Shown here: positions 28,025 through 38,705 of the stretch, one piece after another
Numbering within the stretch: position 1 is the stretch's first letter
Layout of the letters: the number at the start of each line of letters is the position of its first letter
Source: Bacteroidia bacterium
GTDB taxonomy: Bacteria; Bacteroidota; Bacteroidia; M30B66
Direction: 5' to 3'
DNA length: 64,000 nt
NCBI GenBank assembly: GCA_018401705.1
Contig: JAGYKL010000008.1
Location: 11,688-75,687 of the forward strand
Made by a program: the position numbers and the translations under genes
The notes under the pieces: model-generated
What the model was told of the DNA's origin: nothing
The model's input: the letters and a program-made list of their open reading frames with translations, nothing else
Database searches by the model: none

Positions 28025-29341
28025 ATGGGAGTTGAAAATATCATTTTTATAATTGCCCTGCTGGCAGGAGGAGGCTTATTTGCGTTTAACGTACGTAAAA
28101 TCATCAGAAATATCAGGCTAGGAAAAAAACTGAATAGAACTGATCGTCAAGCCGACAGGTGGAAAATAATGACTCGTGTTGCTTTGGGTCAAAGCAAAAT
28201 GGTGGTAAGACCTGTTGCTGGATTCCTGCATCTTTTGGTTTATGTGGGATTTGTAATCATAAATCTTGAAGTTCTTGAGATTATTCTTGATGGAATATTC
28301 GGAACACATCGCTTGTTTGCACCTCTTTTAGGTGGATTTTATGATTTCCTTATAGGCTCATTTGAGATTTTAGCTTTTCTGGTAATTTTTGCGGTTGTTG
28401 TGTTTTTCATCCGCAGAAACATTATTTATATCAAGCGTTTCCGCCAAAAAGAATTGAATGGCTGGCCAAAAAACGATGCAAACCTGATTCTATTGATTGA
28501 AGTGCTTTTAATGTCGGCATTTCTAACCATGAATGCTACCGATCAGATTCTTCAATCGCGAGGTGTTGCTCATTATATTGAAGCAGGTTCATATCCAGTG
28601 AGCTCGATGCTTACAGGAATTTTCAGTTCATGGTCAACAGAAGGTTTAATGATGTATGAAAGAATTGCATGGTGGTTCCATATTCTGGGAATTCTTGCTT
28701 TTTTGAACTACCTACCTTATTCAAAGCACTTTCATATTATTCTTGCATTTCCGAATGTTTTCTACTCAAACCTTGAAGCTAAAGGTAGAATCAGCAATAT
28801 GAAGGCTGTTACTGACGAAGTAAAACTCATGTTAGATCCTTCTGCTACACCGCCAGAACCATCTGATGAGCCAGTTAAATTTGGAGCCAAAGATGTTCAA
28901 GATCTCAGTTGGAAGAGTTTACTTGATTCATATACATGCACAGAGTGTGGTAGATGTACTTCTTCTTGTCCTGCAAACCAAACTGGCAAATTGCTCAGTC
29001 CAAGGGCAATAATGATGAAGACCCGCGATAGGCTTGAGGAAGTTGGCAAAAATATAGATGCTAACAAAGGAGCCTTTGTTGATGATGGAAAAAGCCTTTT
29101 GCATGATTACATCAGTGCTGAGGAACTTTGGGCTTGTACTACTTGTAATGCTTGTGTTGAGGCTTGTCCTGTAAACATTGACCCCCTTTCAATTATAGTT
29201 GATTTGAGACGTCAATTGGTTATGGAAGAGAGTGCACCTCCGGCTGCATTAAATGCAATGTTTACAAATGTTGAGAACAATGGAGCACCTTGGCAATTCT
29301 CACCTGCCGACCGTTTGAACTGGGCTGATGAAGATGCCTAA
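28025..29341 (+). CDS. Membrane (Fe-S)-binding protein: cytochrome-b-like TM domain fused to 2x[4Fe-4S] ferredoxin domain (HdrE/HdrD-N-like)
   Basis: 5-6 TM helices with conserved His. CTECGRCTSSCP and CTTCNACVEACP cluster motifs. Confidence 0.8.
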   Translation: MGVENIIFIIALLAGGGLFAFNVRKIIRNIRLGKKLNRTDRQADRWKIMTRVALGQSKMVVRPVAGFLHLLVYVGFVIINLEVLEIILDGIFGTHRLFAPLLGGFYDFLIGSFEILAFLVIFAVVVFFIRRNIIYIKRFRQKELNGWPKNDANLILLIEVLLMSAFLTMNATDQILQSRGVAHYIEAGSYPVSSMLTGIFSSWSTEGLMMYERIAWWFHILGILAFLNYLPYSKHFHIILAFPNVFYSNLEAKGRISNMKAVTDEVKLMLDPSATPPEPSDEPVKFGAKDVQDLSWKSLLDSYTCTECGRCTSSCPANQTGKLLSPRAIMMKTRDRLEEVGKNIDANKGAFVDDGKSLLHDYISAEELWACTTCNACVEACPVNIDPLSIIVDLRRQLVMEESAPPAALNAMFTNVENNGAPWQFSPADRLNWADEDA

Positions 29342-29373
29342 TTTATATTTTCTTGATTTGAAACTGAATAGAT

Positions 29374-30159
29374 ATGGAATTAAAGGTTAGAACCTTAGCA
29401 AGTTATAATGCAGCCGGCGAAAGTCCTGAAATACTTTTCTGGGTTGGATGTGCAGGTAGTTTCGACGATAGGGCGAAGAAAGTAACTAAAGCTGTTGCAA
29501 AAATACTGCAGGCTGCTGACGTTAAATTTGCTGTTTTAGGCACTGAAGAGTCTTGCACCGGAGATCCAGCAAAAAGAGCTGGAAATGAATTCTTGTTTCA
29601 AATGCAAGCCATGCAAAATATTGCTGTAATGAATGAATACGGCGTCAAGAAAATTGTAACTGCGTGTCCTCATTGCTTTAATACATTAAAAAACGAATAC
29701 CCTGAACTTGGCGGTCACTATGATGTAGTTCATCATACTCAACTAATAAAATCATTGTTGGACGAAGGCAGAATTCGTGTTGAAGGAGGCATATTCAAAG
29801 GCAAAAAGATAACATTTCATGACCCTTGCTATTTAGGAAGAGCAAACGGAGAGTATGAAGCTCCAAGAGAAGTTCTGAGCAAGCTCGACGCAGAATTAAT
29901 TGAAATGAAACGTTGCAAAAGCAACGGATTATGCTGCGGTGCAGGTGGAGCTCAAATGTTTAAAGAAGCTGAACCCGGAGACAAAGAAGTGAATGTTGAA
30001 AGAACAGAGGAAGCTTTAGCCTTGAACCCTAAGGTAATTGCTGTTGGCTGTCCTTTTTGCAATACAATGATGACAGATGGAGTAAAGCATGCCGAGAAAG
30101 AGAGTGAAGTACAAGTGCTTGATATTGCAGAGATGATAGCAAGTGCAGCAGACTTATAA
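29374..30159 (+). CDS. (Fe-S)-binding protein with two CCG cysteine-rich domains (HdrD-C/GlpC-like)
   Basis: CPHCFNTL...CCGAGG...GCPFCNTM CCG-domain motifs. Confidence 0.8.
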   Translation: MELKVRTLASYNAAGESPEILFWVGCAGSFDDRAKKVTKAVAKILQAADVKFAVLGTEESCTGDPAKRAGNEFLFQMQAMQNIAVMNEYGVKKIVTACPHCFNTLKNEYPELGGHYDVVHHTQLIKSLLDEGRIRVEGGIFKGKKITFHDPCYLGRANGEYEAPREVLSKLDAELIEMKRCKSNGLCCGAGGAQMFKEAEPGDKEVNVERTEEALALNPKVIAVGCPFCNTMMTDGVKHAEKESEVQVLDIAEMIASAADL

Positions 30160-30162
30160 AAT

Positions 30163-30672
30163 ATGATTATGGAAAAATTTCTTAGTGAAGTAGGCGATAC
30201 AAACAGAGTTTGGATATATCAGGCAAACCGGTTTTTAAGCGAGCAGGAAACAGCTATTGTAAAGCAATCTGCTCTTCAGTTTGTGCAAAACTGGGCAGCA
30301 CATGGAAAAAAGCTAAGCTCTGGAGCTGATGTTATTGAAAATCTATTTGTAGTTGTTCATGTTGATGAAGCTCAGGCAAAAGCAAGTGGCTGCTCTATTG
30401 ATTCATCTGTTCACTGGATTACAGCCTTAGGCAAAGATTTAGGAATTGATTTTCTTGGGCGCACGGGTGTGGCTTATAAAGACACAAACGACACTCTGAA
30501 TTTAGTCAAACTCAATGAGTTTGAGGATTTGGTAAATCGAGGTGAAATAGACGAAAACACTCAGGTTTTTAACAATATGGCATTCACTGGTCGGGATTTA
30601 AAATACTCTTGGCAAACAACAGTAAAAGAGAGCTGGCATTCAAGATATCTTCCTGCTTCAGCGGTAAAATAA
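30163..30672 (+). CDS. Conserved hypothetical protein co-operonic with the Fe-S pair
   Basis: 169 aa with no motif recognised. 3-bp gap after the CCG protein. Confidence 0.5.
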   Translation: MIMEKFLSEVGDTNRVWIYQANRFLSEQETAIVKQSALQFVQNWAAHGKKLSSGADVIENLFVVVHVDEAQAKASGCSIDSSVHWITALGKDLGIDFLGRTGVAYKDTNDTLNLVKLNEFEDLVNRGEIDENTQVFNNMAFTGRDLKYSWQTTVKESWHSRYLPASAVK

Positions 30673-30693
30673 TTAGAGAATAAAAATTTCTTT

Positions 30694-30722
30694 TTGCGGA
30701 ATAGGTTTTTTTCTTATTTTTG
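30694..30722 (+). promoter_or_regulatory. Putative promoter of rpmE2: -33 TTG (30694..30696), -7 TATTTTTG (30715..30722)
   Basis: 18-bp spacer. 29 bp upstream of ATG 30752. Confidence 0.4.
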
Positions 30723-30751
30723 CAACCCATTTTTCAGCATTGAAAATAATT

Positions 30752-31018
30752 ATGAAAGCAGAAATCCATCCATCTAACTATCGTCTTGTAGTGTTCAAGG
30801 ATATGTCAGACGAAACAATGACTTTAACTAAGTCATGCATTGATACTAAAGAAACGATTGTTTGGGAAGACGGAAATGAATATCCGCTTGCTAAACTTGA
30901 AATATCTTCATCTTCACATCCATTCTACACAGGAAAAATTAAGCTTGTGGATACTGCCGGACGTGTTGACAAATTCCGTACTCGTTACAAAGAACACAAA
31001 GGCAAATTAAATCTATAA
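30752..31018 (+). CDS. rpmE2: 50S ribosomal protein L31 (type B-like)
   Basis: [10 protein letters not shown]...HPFYTGK. Track ORF starts at an upstream TTG (30740). ATG 30752 fits L31 family. Confidence 0.85.
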   Translation: MKAEIHPSNYRLVVFKDMSDETMTLTKSCIDTKETIVWEDGNEYPLAKLEISSSSHPFYTGKIKLVDTAGRVDKFRTRYKEHKGKLNL

Positions 31019-31043
31019 TTTGCACTAACATATTTATGAATGA

Positions 31044-31076
31044 AAGCCTTCCACTCGGAGGGCTTTTTTATTTTTG
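31044..31076 (+). terminator. Rho-independent terminator after rpmE2
   Basis: AAGCCTTCC-ACTC-GGAGGGCTT stem (one mismatch) followed by TTTTTTATTTTT. Confidence 0.6.
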
Positions 31077-31082
31077 TAAGCT

Positions 31083-32255
31083 ATGAATCTGATTCTTTTC
31101 GATGATACCCGCAGGGAGCATTTGCTTCCATTAAGTTTTACCAGACCAATTGCCGAATTCAGAGTTGGCATCCTCACGATTAGGGAGAAATGGGAGAAAC
31201 ACCTTGGTGTAAAGGCTTCCTTTCTGTGCGAAGCATACCTTCAAAAAAAATTCCCACTCGTTACAAGTGAAGAAAACCTGCTTATTGCCGGAACAATATT
31301 ACCCAACATTAAATTAATTGAGGCTGTACAGAAACTCAAATCTGGTCAAGCTTTGCGATATAATGATGACTTGATTGCAATTGCTTGCAAAAGTGAAATT
31401 TCACTTGATGAGTCAGATTACGATGTGCAAGACTATCAAGGAGAGATTATGCGCATAAATAATCTTTGGGATATTTTCTCATTGAATGATAAAGCCCTTC
31501 GGGCGGATTTTGAACTACTGACAAAAGGGCGCAAATCGGCTGACATATCTCCTGATAATAAAATAATGGGCAATCAGTTCTTTGCAGAAGAAGGAGCAGT
31601 GGCTTATCATTCGATATTTAATACTACAACAGGACCAATATATTTAGCCAAAGACTCAGAAGTTTGGGAAGGAAGTGTAATCAGAGGCCCTTTTTCATTG
31701 GGTGAACACAGCATCGTTAAATTGGCTTCAAAGATATATGGAGCAACAACTGTTGGTCCTGAAAGTCGTGTAGGCGGGGAAGTAAATAATAGCGTAATCT
31801 TTGGCTTTTCGAACAAAGGCCACGATGGTTTCTTAGGAAATTCGGTGCTCGGCGAGTGGTGTAATATTGGAGCTGATTCCAACAACTCTAACCTCAAGAA
31901 CAATTATGCCGATGTTAAATTGTGGAGCTATCCAAAGCAAGGCTTTGAATCAACAGGCTTGCAGTTTTGCGGACTAATCATGGGCGATCATAGCAAATGT
32001 GGTATCAACACTATGTTTAATACAGGAACAGTTGTAGGAGTGAGTTCTAATATCTTCGGCTCTGGTTTTCCAAGAAACTTTATACCGTCATTTAGCTGGG
32101 GCGGTGCCCAGGGAATTACCGAATATAAGCTTGCTAAAGCTGCAGAAACTGCAGAAAAAGTAATGGAAAGAAGGCATGTTCCATTTGGTGAAACAGAACA
32201 AGAGCTACTTGCTCATATTTATGAGCTAAGTGCATCATTTAGGCAAGGAGGTTAA
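31083..32255 (+). CDS. Putative sugar nucleotidyltransferase with left-handed beta-helix C-terminus (GlmU-like family)
   Basis: N-terminal nucleotidyltransferase-like fold. C-terminal hexapeptide repeats (VIFGFSNKGHDGFLGNSVLGEWCNIGADSN). Confidence 0.7.
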   Translation: MNLILFDDTRREHLLPLSFTRPIAEFRVGILTIREKWEKHLGVKASFLCEAYLQKKFPLVTSEENLLIAGTILPNIKLIEAVQKLKSGQALRYNDDLIAIACKSEISLDESDYDVQDYQGEIMRINNLWDIFSLNDKALRADFELLTKGRKSADISPDNKIMGNQFFAEEGAVAYHSIFNTTTGPIYLAKDSEVWEGSVIRGPFSLGEHSIVKLASKIYGATTVGPESRVGGEVNNSVIFGFSNKGHDGFLGNSVLGEWCNIGADSNNSNLKNNYADVKLWSYPKQGFESTGLQFCGLIMGDHSKCGINTMFNTGTVVGVSSNIFGSGFPRNFIPSFSWGGAQGITEYKLAKAAETAEKVMERRHVPFGETEQELLAHIYELSASFRQGG

Positions 32256-32321
32256 TTTCTTTGGCATACCGCTTGACCTATTAAGAAAACAAGTCAAAAC
32301 CGGAGGAGTTTCTCATTGGTT

Positions 32322-34847
32322 ATGACTATTTGTCACATATTGTTGAAAGAATTGATGAGCGAAAATCCATTATTTAACCGTTATCACCTGAATAATTTAG
32401 TAGATGATGACTCGGAGTTTATTCCATTATTATCAAGTGAGGATGAAGAGCAAATGAACACTGAGGAAACTCCTACAGAGCTTGCTATACTTCCATTAAG
32501 AAATACAGTATTATTTCCAGGAGTTGTAATTCCAATTACAGTTGGAAGAGACAAATCAATCAAACTTATAAAAGATGCCTACAAGGCTGATAAGATTATC
32601 GGTGTTGTTTCGCAGAAAGATATTGCTATTGAAGATCCGGCGTTTGATGATTTAAATCGTGTGGGTACAGTAGCACTTATAGTTAAGATGTTGCGCATGC
32701 CTGATGGAAATACAACTGTTATTATTCAGGGAAAGAAGCGTTTTCATCTTGACCAAGTAACTCAGGAAAATCCATATTTCAGAGCTAAAATCACTCCTTT
32801 TGAAGAAGTAAGGCCTTTAAATGACGACAAAGAATTTCAGGCCATGATTGCTTCAATGAAAGAAATTTCATTACAGATAATTCAACAATCGCCAAACATT
32901 CCGTCAGAGGCGGCTTTTGCAATTAAGAATATTGAAAGTCCTTCATTTCTAATAAATTTTATATCGTCAAATATGAATGCAGAAGTTGCTGAGAAGCAAC
33001 AGATGCTTGAGGTTGCCGATTTAAAAGCAAGAGCCGAGTTAGTGTTAAAGCAGCTTCATAAGGAACTGCAAATGCAGGAGCTTAAGAATCAGATTCAAAG
33101 CAAAGTTAAGATTGATATTGATCAACAACAGCGAGAGTATTTTCTTCATCAACAACTTAAAACAATACAAGAAGAGCTTGGGGGGAATGTATTTGAAGAA
33201 GAGCTTGATGAACTAAAGGAAAAGGGCGAAAAGAAAAAGTGGTCAGAATCGGTGATGAAGCATTTTCAAAAAGAACTTGACAAGCTTCAAAGAATTAATC
33301 CGAATTCGGCTGAATATTCAGTTCAAAGAAATTACCTTGACTTGCTTCTTGACCTTCCTTGGAACGAATACACAAAAGATAATTTCGATTTAAGGCGGGC
33401 ACAGAAAATACTTGACAAAGATCATTATGGTTTAGAAAAAGTAAAAGAGAGGATATTGGAATATTTGGCTGTTCTCAAACTTAAGGGAGACATGCGCTCA
33501 CCTATTCTTTGCTTTTATGGACCTCCAGGAGTTGGCAAAACTTCATTAGGTAAATCAATCGCTAAAGCGCTTGGAAGAGAATATGTTAGAATGTCCTTAG
33601 GTGGCGTTCGTGATGAAGCAGAAATCCGTGGGCACCGCAAAACGTATATTGGAGCAATGCCCGGAAGAATTATCCAAAACCTAAAGAAGGCCAAAGCTGC
33701 AAACCCAGTTTTTGTGCTTGATGAAGTGGATAAAATCGGAAGTGATTTTCATGGAGACCCTTCATCCGCACTTCTTGAAGTGCTGGATCCTGAACAAAAT
33801 AACACCTTCTACGATAATTATGTAGAGCAAGATTTTGACTTAAGCAGAGCTATGTTCATTGCTACAGCAAATAACCTCAGCACTATTCAACCTGCACTTC
33901 GCGACAGAATGGAACTCATTGAAGTAACGGGTTACACTCAAGAAGAGAAAGTAGAGATTGCTCGTCAACACCTTGTTCCTAGACAGATTGCTGAGCATGG
34001 ATTAACGAAAGATCAGGTTAAATTCACAAAAAGAGCTTTAGATAAACTCATTGAAGACTACACACGCGAATCGGGAGTAAGGTCGCTTGAGAAAAGAATT
34101 GCCAAAGTGATTCGTTCTGTTGCAAAATCAATCGCTCTAGAAGAAAATGTTTCAGAAAAACTTGATACTGCCGACATTATTAGAATTATGGGTCCGGCAA
34201 CTTATCATCGAGACAAGTATGAGAACAATGAAGTTGCAGGTGTAGTCACAGGACTTGCCTGGACATCTGTTGGAGGAGACATTCTTTTTATTGAAGCCCT
34301 AGCGAGTAAAGGAAATGGCAAACTTACCTTAACAGGAAATCTGGGAGATGTAATGAAAGAAAGTGCTGTTATTGCTTTAGAGTATTTAAAGGCGCATTCT
34401 GAAAGCCTTTTGGGTATTTCTTCTGAGGTGTTTAATCATTACAATGTACATATTCACGTTCCTGAAGGAGCAACTCCAAAAGATGGGCCTTCTGCTGGAA
34501 TCGCCATGCTAACAGCTCTAGCTTCGGCGTTTACGCAAAGAAAAGTGAACGCTAAATTGGCTATGACTGGAGAAATTACTCTTAGAGGAGTTGTACTTCC
34601 GGTTGGAGGTATAAAGGAGAAAATCCTCGCTGCTAAGCGCGCTGATATTCAAAATGTTATTCTTTGCGAAGAGAATAAAAAAGACGTAGATGAAATTAAT
34701 AAGGATTACCTAAAAGGAGTTAGTTTTCATTACGTGAACAGCATGCATGAGGTACTAAAACTGGCACTAAGCAAAGAAAAGGTAAAGAATCCGGTGAAGA
34801 TTGAAGTACCTGAGAAAAAACAAAAAGAGCTTAGTATAGTTAATTAG
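32322..34847 (+). CDS. lon: ATP-dependent Lon protease (endopeptidase La)
   Basis: LON N-domain. Walker [10 protein letters not shown]. Catalytic Ser region [11 protein letters not shown]. Track start is TTG 32316. Alternative ATGs at 32322 and 32355. Confidence 0.93.
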   Translation: MTICHILLKELMSENPLFNRYHLNNLVDDDSEFIPLLSSEDEEQMNTEETPTELAILPLRNTVLFPGVVIPITVGRDKSIKLIKDAYKADKIIGVVSQKDIAIEDPAFDDLNRVGTVALIVKMLRMPDGNTTVIIQGKKRFHLDQVTQENPYFRAKITPFEEVRPLNDDKEFQAMIASMKEISLQIIQQSPNIPSEAAFAIKNIESPSFLINFISSNMNAEVAEKQQMLEVADLKARAELVLKQLHKELQMQELKNQIQSKVKIDIDQQQREYFLHQQLKTIQEELGGNVFEEELDELKEKGEKKKWSESVMKHFQKELDKLQRINPNSAEYSVQRNYLDLLLDLPWNEYTKDNFDLRRAQKILDKDHYGLEKVKERILEYLAVLKLKGDMRSPILCFYGPPGVGKTSLGKSIAKALGREYVRMSLGGVRDEAEIRGHRKTYIGAMPGRIIQNLKKAKAANPVFVLDEVDKIGSDFHGDPSSALLEVLDPEQNNTFYDNYVEQDFDLSRAMFIATANNLSTIQPALRDRMELIEVTGYTQEEKVEIARQHLVPRQIAEHGLTKDQVKFTKRALDKLIEDYTRESGVRSLEKRIAKVIRSVAKSIALEENVSEKLDTADIIRIMGPATYHRDKYENNEVAGVVTGLAWTSVGGDILFIEALASKGNGKLTLTGNLGDVMKESAVIALEYLKAHSESLLGISSEVFNHYNVHIHVPEGATPKDGPSAGIAMLTALASAFTQRKVNAKLAMTGEITLRGVVLPVGGIKEKILAAKRADIQNVILCEENKKDVDEINKDYLKGVSFHYVNSMHEVLKLALSKEKVKNPVKIEVPEKKQKELSIVN

Positions 34848-34852
34848 ATACT

Positions 34853-36154
34853 ATGATACAATCCACAAACAATAGCAAAGAAATCCAAAAACACCTTGTT
34901 ATTGTTGGTGGTGGTTTTGGAGGTATTGAATTAGCAAAGCGCCTTAGAAAAACGAATCTTAGGATAACTTTAATTGATAGGAACAACTATCACACTTTTC
35001 AGCCTTTACTATATCAAGTTGCTTCAGGCGGTTTAGGCGCAGATTCTATAGGATATCCCTTTAGGATGATTTTCAGAGGCCAGAAGAATCTTAATTTTCT
35101 AATGACAGAGGTTCAAGAGATTGATTCTGCTTCAAAGCAGATATTGACTTCTACAGGCCCTGTTACTTATGACTTTCTAGTTTTAGCCACAGGTTCAACA
35201 ACAAACTATTTTGGCAACAAGCTTCTTGAAAAGCATGCAATGCCGTTAAAGAGCATTCCAGAAGCACTTAATTTAAGAAGTGATTTGCTTCAAGAGTTTG
35301 AACTAGCCATGCGAATAGATGATCCGAAACTAAGGCAACAGCACCTAAGTTTTGTTGTAGTTGGCGGAGGTCCAACCGGTGTTGAAACGGCTGGAGCCTT
35401 GGCTGAGTTCAAGAAGTTTGTAGTTCCACATGATTATCCAGGCTTAAACGCCTCGGAAATGGAAGTTAGATTAGTAGAAGCAGCTCCTCGATTACTTAAT
35501 GGGATGTCTGAACACGCAGGTAATAAAGCAATAAAGTATTTAAATGAACTTGGGGTAAATGTTTCATTGAATAAAATTGTAAAGCATTACGATGGGGAGC
35601 TTATTCAATTTGAAGATGGGGAGGAGTTGAAATGCAAAACGCTGATTTGGTCGGCAGGGGTTAGAGGGCAAACCATAGAAGGTCTTGGTCCAGAATCTGT
35701 TGAAAGAAGCAGGTTTCAAACTGATGAGTATTTAAGGGTGAAGGGAGAGGAAGATATCTTTGCTATTGGAGATGTTGCTGGACTGATAAGTGCAGAAAAC
35801 CCGAAAGGACATCCAATGGTAGCTCCTGTTGCAGTTCAGCAAGGAGAGCTGTTAGCGAGGAATATTAAGAAATTAGTTTTGGGTAAAAACAACCTTGAAC
35901 CATTCAAGTATAAGGACATGGGTTCGATGGCAACTGTAGGCAGAAACAGAGCAGTTGTTGATTTATCGTTTTGGAAGTTCGGTGGTTTCCTCGCTTGGTT
36001 AGTTTGGATGTTTTTACACCTTATGCTCCTAGTTGGCTTTAGAAACAGACTCGTTGTTTTTATTGACTGGATGTGGAACTACTTCAGTTATGAAAGAGCA
36101 TTGAGGCTGATAGTGAGAAAATACGAGGAATCGCCTATTGATAAGGCCACCTAA
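34853..36154 (+). CDS. ndh: Type II NADH:quinone oxidoreductase (NDH-2)
   Basis: Two Rossmann GxGxxG motifs (VIVGGGFGG, VVVGGGPTGVE). C-terminal membrane-anchoring helices. Confidence 0.85.
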   Translation: MIQSTNNSKEIQKHLVIVGGGFGGIELAKRLRKTNLRITLIDRNNYHTFQPLLYQVASGGLGADSIGYPFRMIFRGQKNLNFLMTEVQEIDSASKQILTSTGPVTYDFLVLATGSTTNYFGNKLLEKHAMPLKSIPEALNLRSDLLQEFELAMRIDDPKLRQQHLSFVVVGGGPTGVETAGALAEFKKFVVPHDYPGLNASEMEVRLVEAAPRLLNGMSEHAGNKAIKYLNELGVNVSLNKIVKHYDGELIQFEDGEELKCKTLIWSAGVRGQTIEGLGPESVERSRFQTDEYLRVKGEEDIFAIGDVAGLISAENPKGHPMVAPVAVQQGELLARNIKKLVLGKNNLEPFKYKDMGSMATVGRNRAVVDLSFWKFGGFLAWLVWMFLHLMLLVGFRNRLVVFIDWMWNYFSYERALRLIVRKYEESPIDKAT

Positions 36155-36174
36155 CTAAAGTAAGTTTTTAAGAA

Positions 36175-37383
36175 TCAAATTACTGCATTTGGGATTCTCA
36201 CAATAAATTCAGTGCCTTCACCCATTTTCGATGCAATTTCGACAGTTCCATCAATTAACTTAAGAATACGTTTTACTGTATTTAGCCCTATGCCTGTGCC
36301 TGGCACTCCAAAACGATCAGTTGCGGCCAACTTCTTAAACATATCGAAAATAACATCTTGAGATTCTTTAGGTATTCCAGGTCCGTTGTCGCTAATTGAT
36401 AGCCTTAGTGTTTCGCCCTCGGCATAGGCAGTTATTTTTACAACAGCCTTCTCTTTATCATTGTATTTAATTGCATTGCTAAGCAGGTTTTGAATAACCT
36501 GATGCAGAATTGTAACATCTAAAAACACCTCGCTGATCTGAATATCAATAAGAATTTGAACATCTTCAGGAGGAGAACAAAACTCAACAACTTTTTCAAT
36601 AAAACTATCAAGTTGGATTTTCAAAGGTTCATTTGCTTGCTTATCGCTTAATGCATTTTGAAGAATTCCTTCTACTAAGTTATGGGCTTGCATTGCTTTA
36701 CCTTTAAGTAAAGCCAAGCCTTTCTCACCAAAACTATTTAGTTGTCCTTCACATTCTTCTAAAATCATCTCAGAAAGATGAACCATTCCAAGAAGTGGGG
36801 ACTTTAAATCATGAGACACAAGATGCGCAAAACGAGAGAGTTCTTCAGTTTTTCGCTCTAATTCTTGTTGTCTTTTCTGGAGTGAGGCAAGACTTTTTCG
36901 GAGCTCAAGTTGATTAACAACTTGATTAGATAAGTCTTGAAGTGCAGTCTTTTGATTCTCATTCAATTCATTGGGCTTAGTATCAAGAACGCAAAGCGTT
37001 CCTAATGCATAACCAGCATTGCTAACAAGAGGAGCTCCTGCATAAAAACGAATAAACGGACTACTTTCAACAAATGGATTATCGAAAAAGCGATGGTCTT
37101 TAGTTGTATCACTCACCATCATCAATTGCTCGGGAGTGTTAATTGCATGAGCACAAAATGAAAAATCTCTTGAAGTTTCTGATACTTCCAGCCCGGTTTT
37201 AGATTTAAACCATTGCCTTTTCTCGTCGATTAAAGAGACAAATGAAATTGGAGTTCCACAAATCTGAGCTGCGATAGAGGTAATTACATCAAATGGCTTT
37301 TCCGGAGGCGTATCAAGAATTTCGAATGAATCTAACTCTTCCAGTCTTTCTGCTTCGTTTTCAAATATTTGCGCTAATTCCAT
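36175..37383 (-). CDS. Sensor histidine kinase with N-terminal GAF domain. Orphan, no adjacent response regulator.
   Basis: H-box HDLKSPL. HATPase_c N/G boxes (LSNAIKYN, DNGPGI, GTGIGL). Confidence 0.85.
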   Translation of the reverse strand: MELAQIFENEAERLEELDSFEILDTPPEKPFDVITSIAAQICGTPISFVSLIDEKRQWFKSKTGLEVSETSRDFSFCAHAINTPEQLMMVSDTTKDHRFFDNPFVESSPFIRFYAGAPLVSNAGYALGTLCVLDTKPNELNENQKTALQDLSNQVVNQLELRKSLASLQKRQQELERKTEELSRFAHLVSHDLKSPLLGMVHLSEMILEECEGQLNSFGEKGLALLKGKAMQAHNLVEGILQNALSDKQANEPLKIQLDSFIEKVVEFCSPPEDVQILIDIQISEVFLDVTILHQVIQNLLSNAIKYNDKEKAVVKITAYAEGETLRLSISDNGPGIPKESQDVIFDMFKKLAATDRFGVPGTGIGLNTVKRILKLIDGTVEIASKMGEGTEFIVRIPNAVI

Positions 37384-37454
37384 TTATTTTAATTTTCTGC
37401 TCTTAAAATGACCTATATCTAACTATTTTTCAATTACATAACAATGATAATAAT

Positions 37455-38657
37455 TTATCCCCTATCAGAAGAAACCCAAGATAACTTTATCAACCAATAA
37501 AAAGAGAAAATAGCATAAAGAGTAAGAAGCATAATCACATTAGTGCCAGTATCAAAAGTTAGCATTAAGCAAGGCACTAAAGCAATAATTCTAATCAATT
37601 CGTAATACAATTGTAGTTTGTTGTTCTCGAGGAACTTACTAAGGCTTATAATTGCAAACAAGCTCCAAAAAATCATCGGCAAAAGTTCAATGAGTTTAAA
37701 CTTGGCAACACTAAAAAGTAACAAAGACGAAATTGAAAGTATAATTGAGAACTGAACGAAGGCATATATTTTTTTGTTTTTGGTCAAAGGCCTATCAAAT
37801 TTCTCTCGCCAAGCAGTATCTGGGATAATAATTTCCTTAACACCTGGTTTCCAGCCAGGTAATGCAATAAATACTTTCAGTTTATCGCTGAACCTCTCGG
37901 CTTGATTTGCAGTTTCAAAAATTTCCCTCCAGTAATGGAGGTTTGCCCATAAGGGGTTCCAACTATTTAGTGGAGTAGTAATTCCATAGACTACTTTTTC
38001 TTCTTCTTTCTGAAACGTCCCAAAGATTCTGTCCCAAATGATTAATGTACCACCGTGATTCTTATCAATATATTTTGGATTTGAGCCATGATGAACCCTA
38101 TGATGTGAAGGCGTGTTGAAGACATACTCAAACCAACCCATTTGCTTGATTAATTCGGTATGTATCCAAAACTGATAAAGTGTATTAACAGCTATAACGG
38201 TAATTGTTATTAAGGGATCAAAACCCAGAATAGCTAAAGGCAAATAAAACAGACTAGAGAAGAAACTTTGAAACCATGATTGTCTCAGAGCAACGCTCAA
38301 ATTATAATCCTCACTTTGATGATGAACAACGTGCGTAGCCCAGATTGAGTTTACTTCATGCCCCATGCGGTGAAACCAGTAATAACAGAAATCAACTCCA
38401 ATGAATAATACAATCCACCAAAACCAATTGGATGGGATTGTAAATAATCTTGCATTTTCGAAAAGCCAGAAGTATCCAAAGAAAATCGCTGATTTAAATA
38501 CTATACCTGAAATTTGCTGTCCGATGCCACATGAAATATTACTAATCGCATCGCTAAGGCGATATAACTTTAAATTCTTATACCACGACCAAGCCAGCTC
38601 CAATCCTATGAGGATAAAGAAAACAGGCACCGACAGAGCAATATAATTAGGTTCCAT
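37455..38657 (-). CDS. Sterol desaturase / fatty-acid hydroxylase family protein with extra C-terminal TM region
   Basis: Histidine boxes HRMGHE, HVVHHQS, HRVHHGS. Confidence 0.75.
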   Translation of the reverse strand: MEPNYIALSVPVFFILIGLELAWSWYKNLKLYRLSDAISNISCGIGQQISGIVFKSAIFFGYFWLFENARLFTIPSNWFWWIVLFIGVDFCYYWFHRMGHEVNSIWATHVVHHQSEDYNLSVALRQSWFQSFFSSLFYLPLAILGFDPLITITVIAVNTLYQFWIHTELIKQMGWFEYVFNTPSHHRVHHGSNPKYIDKNHGGTLIIWDRIFGTFQKEEEKVVYGITTPLNSWNPLWANLHYWREIFETANQAERFSDKLKVFIALPGWKPGVKEIIIPDTAWREKFDRPLTKNKKIYAFVQFSIILSISSLLLFSVAKFKLIELLPMIFWSLFAIISLSKFLENNKLQLYYELIRIIALVPCLMLTFDTGTNVIMLLTLYAIFSFYWLIKLSWVSSDRG

Positions 38658-38705
38658 GAATTCAAATTTCGGGAATTTCGCTTCTCAAAACTATAAAGAG
38701 GTTTG

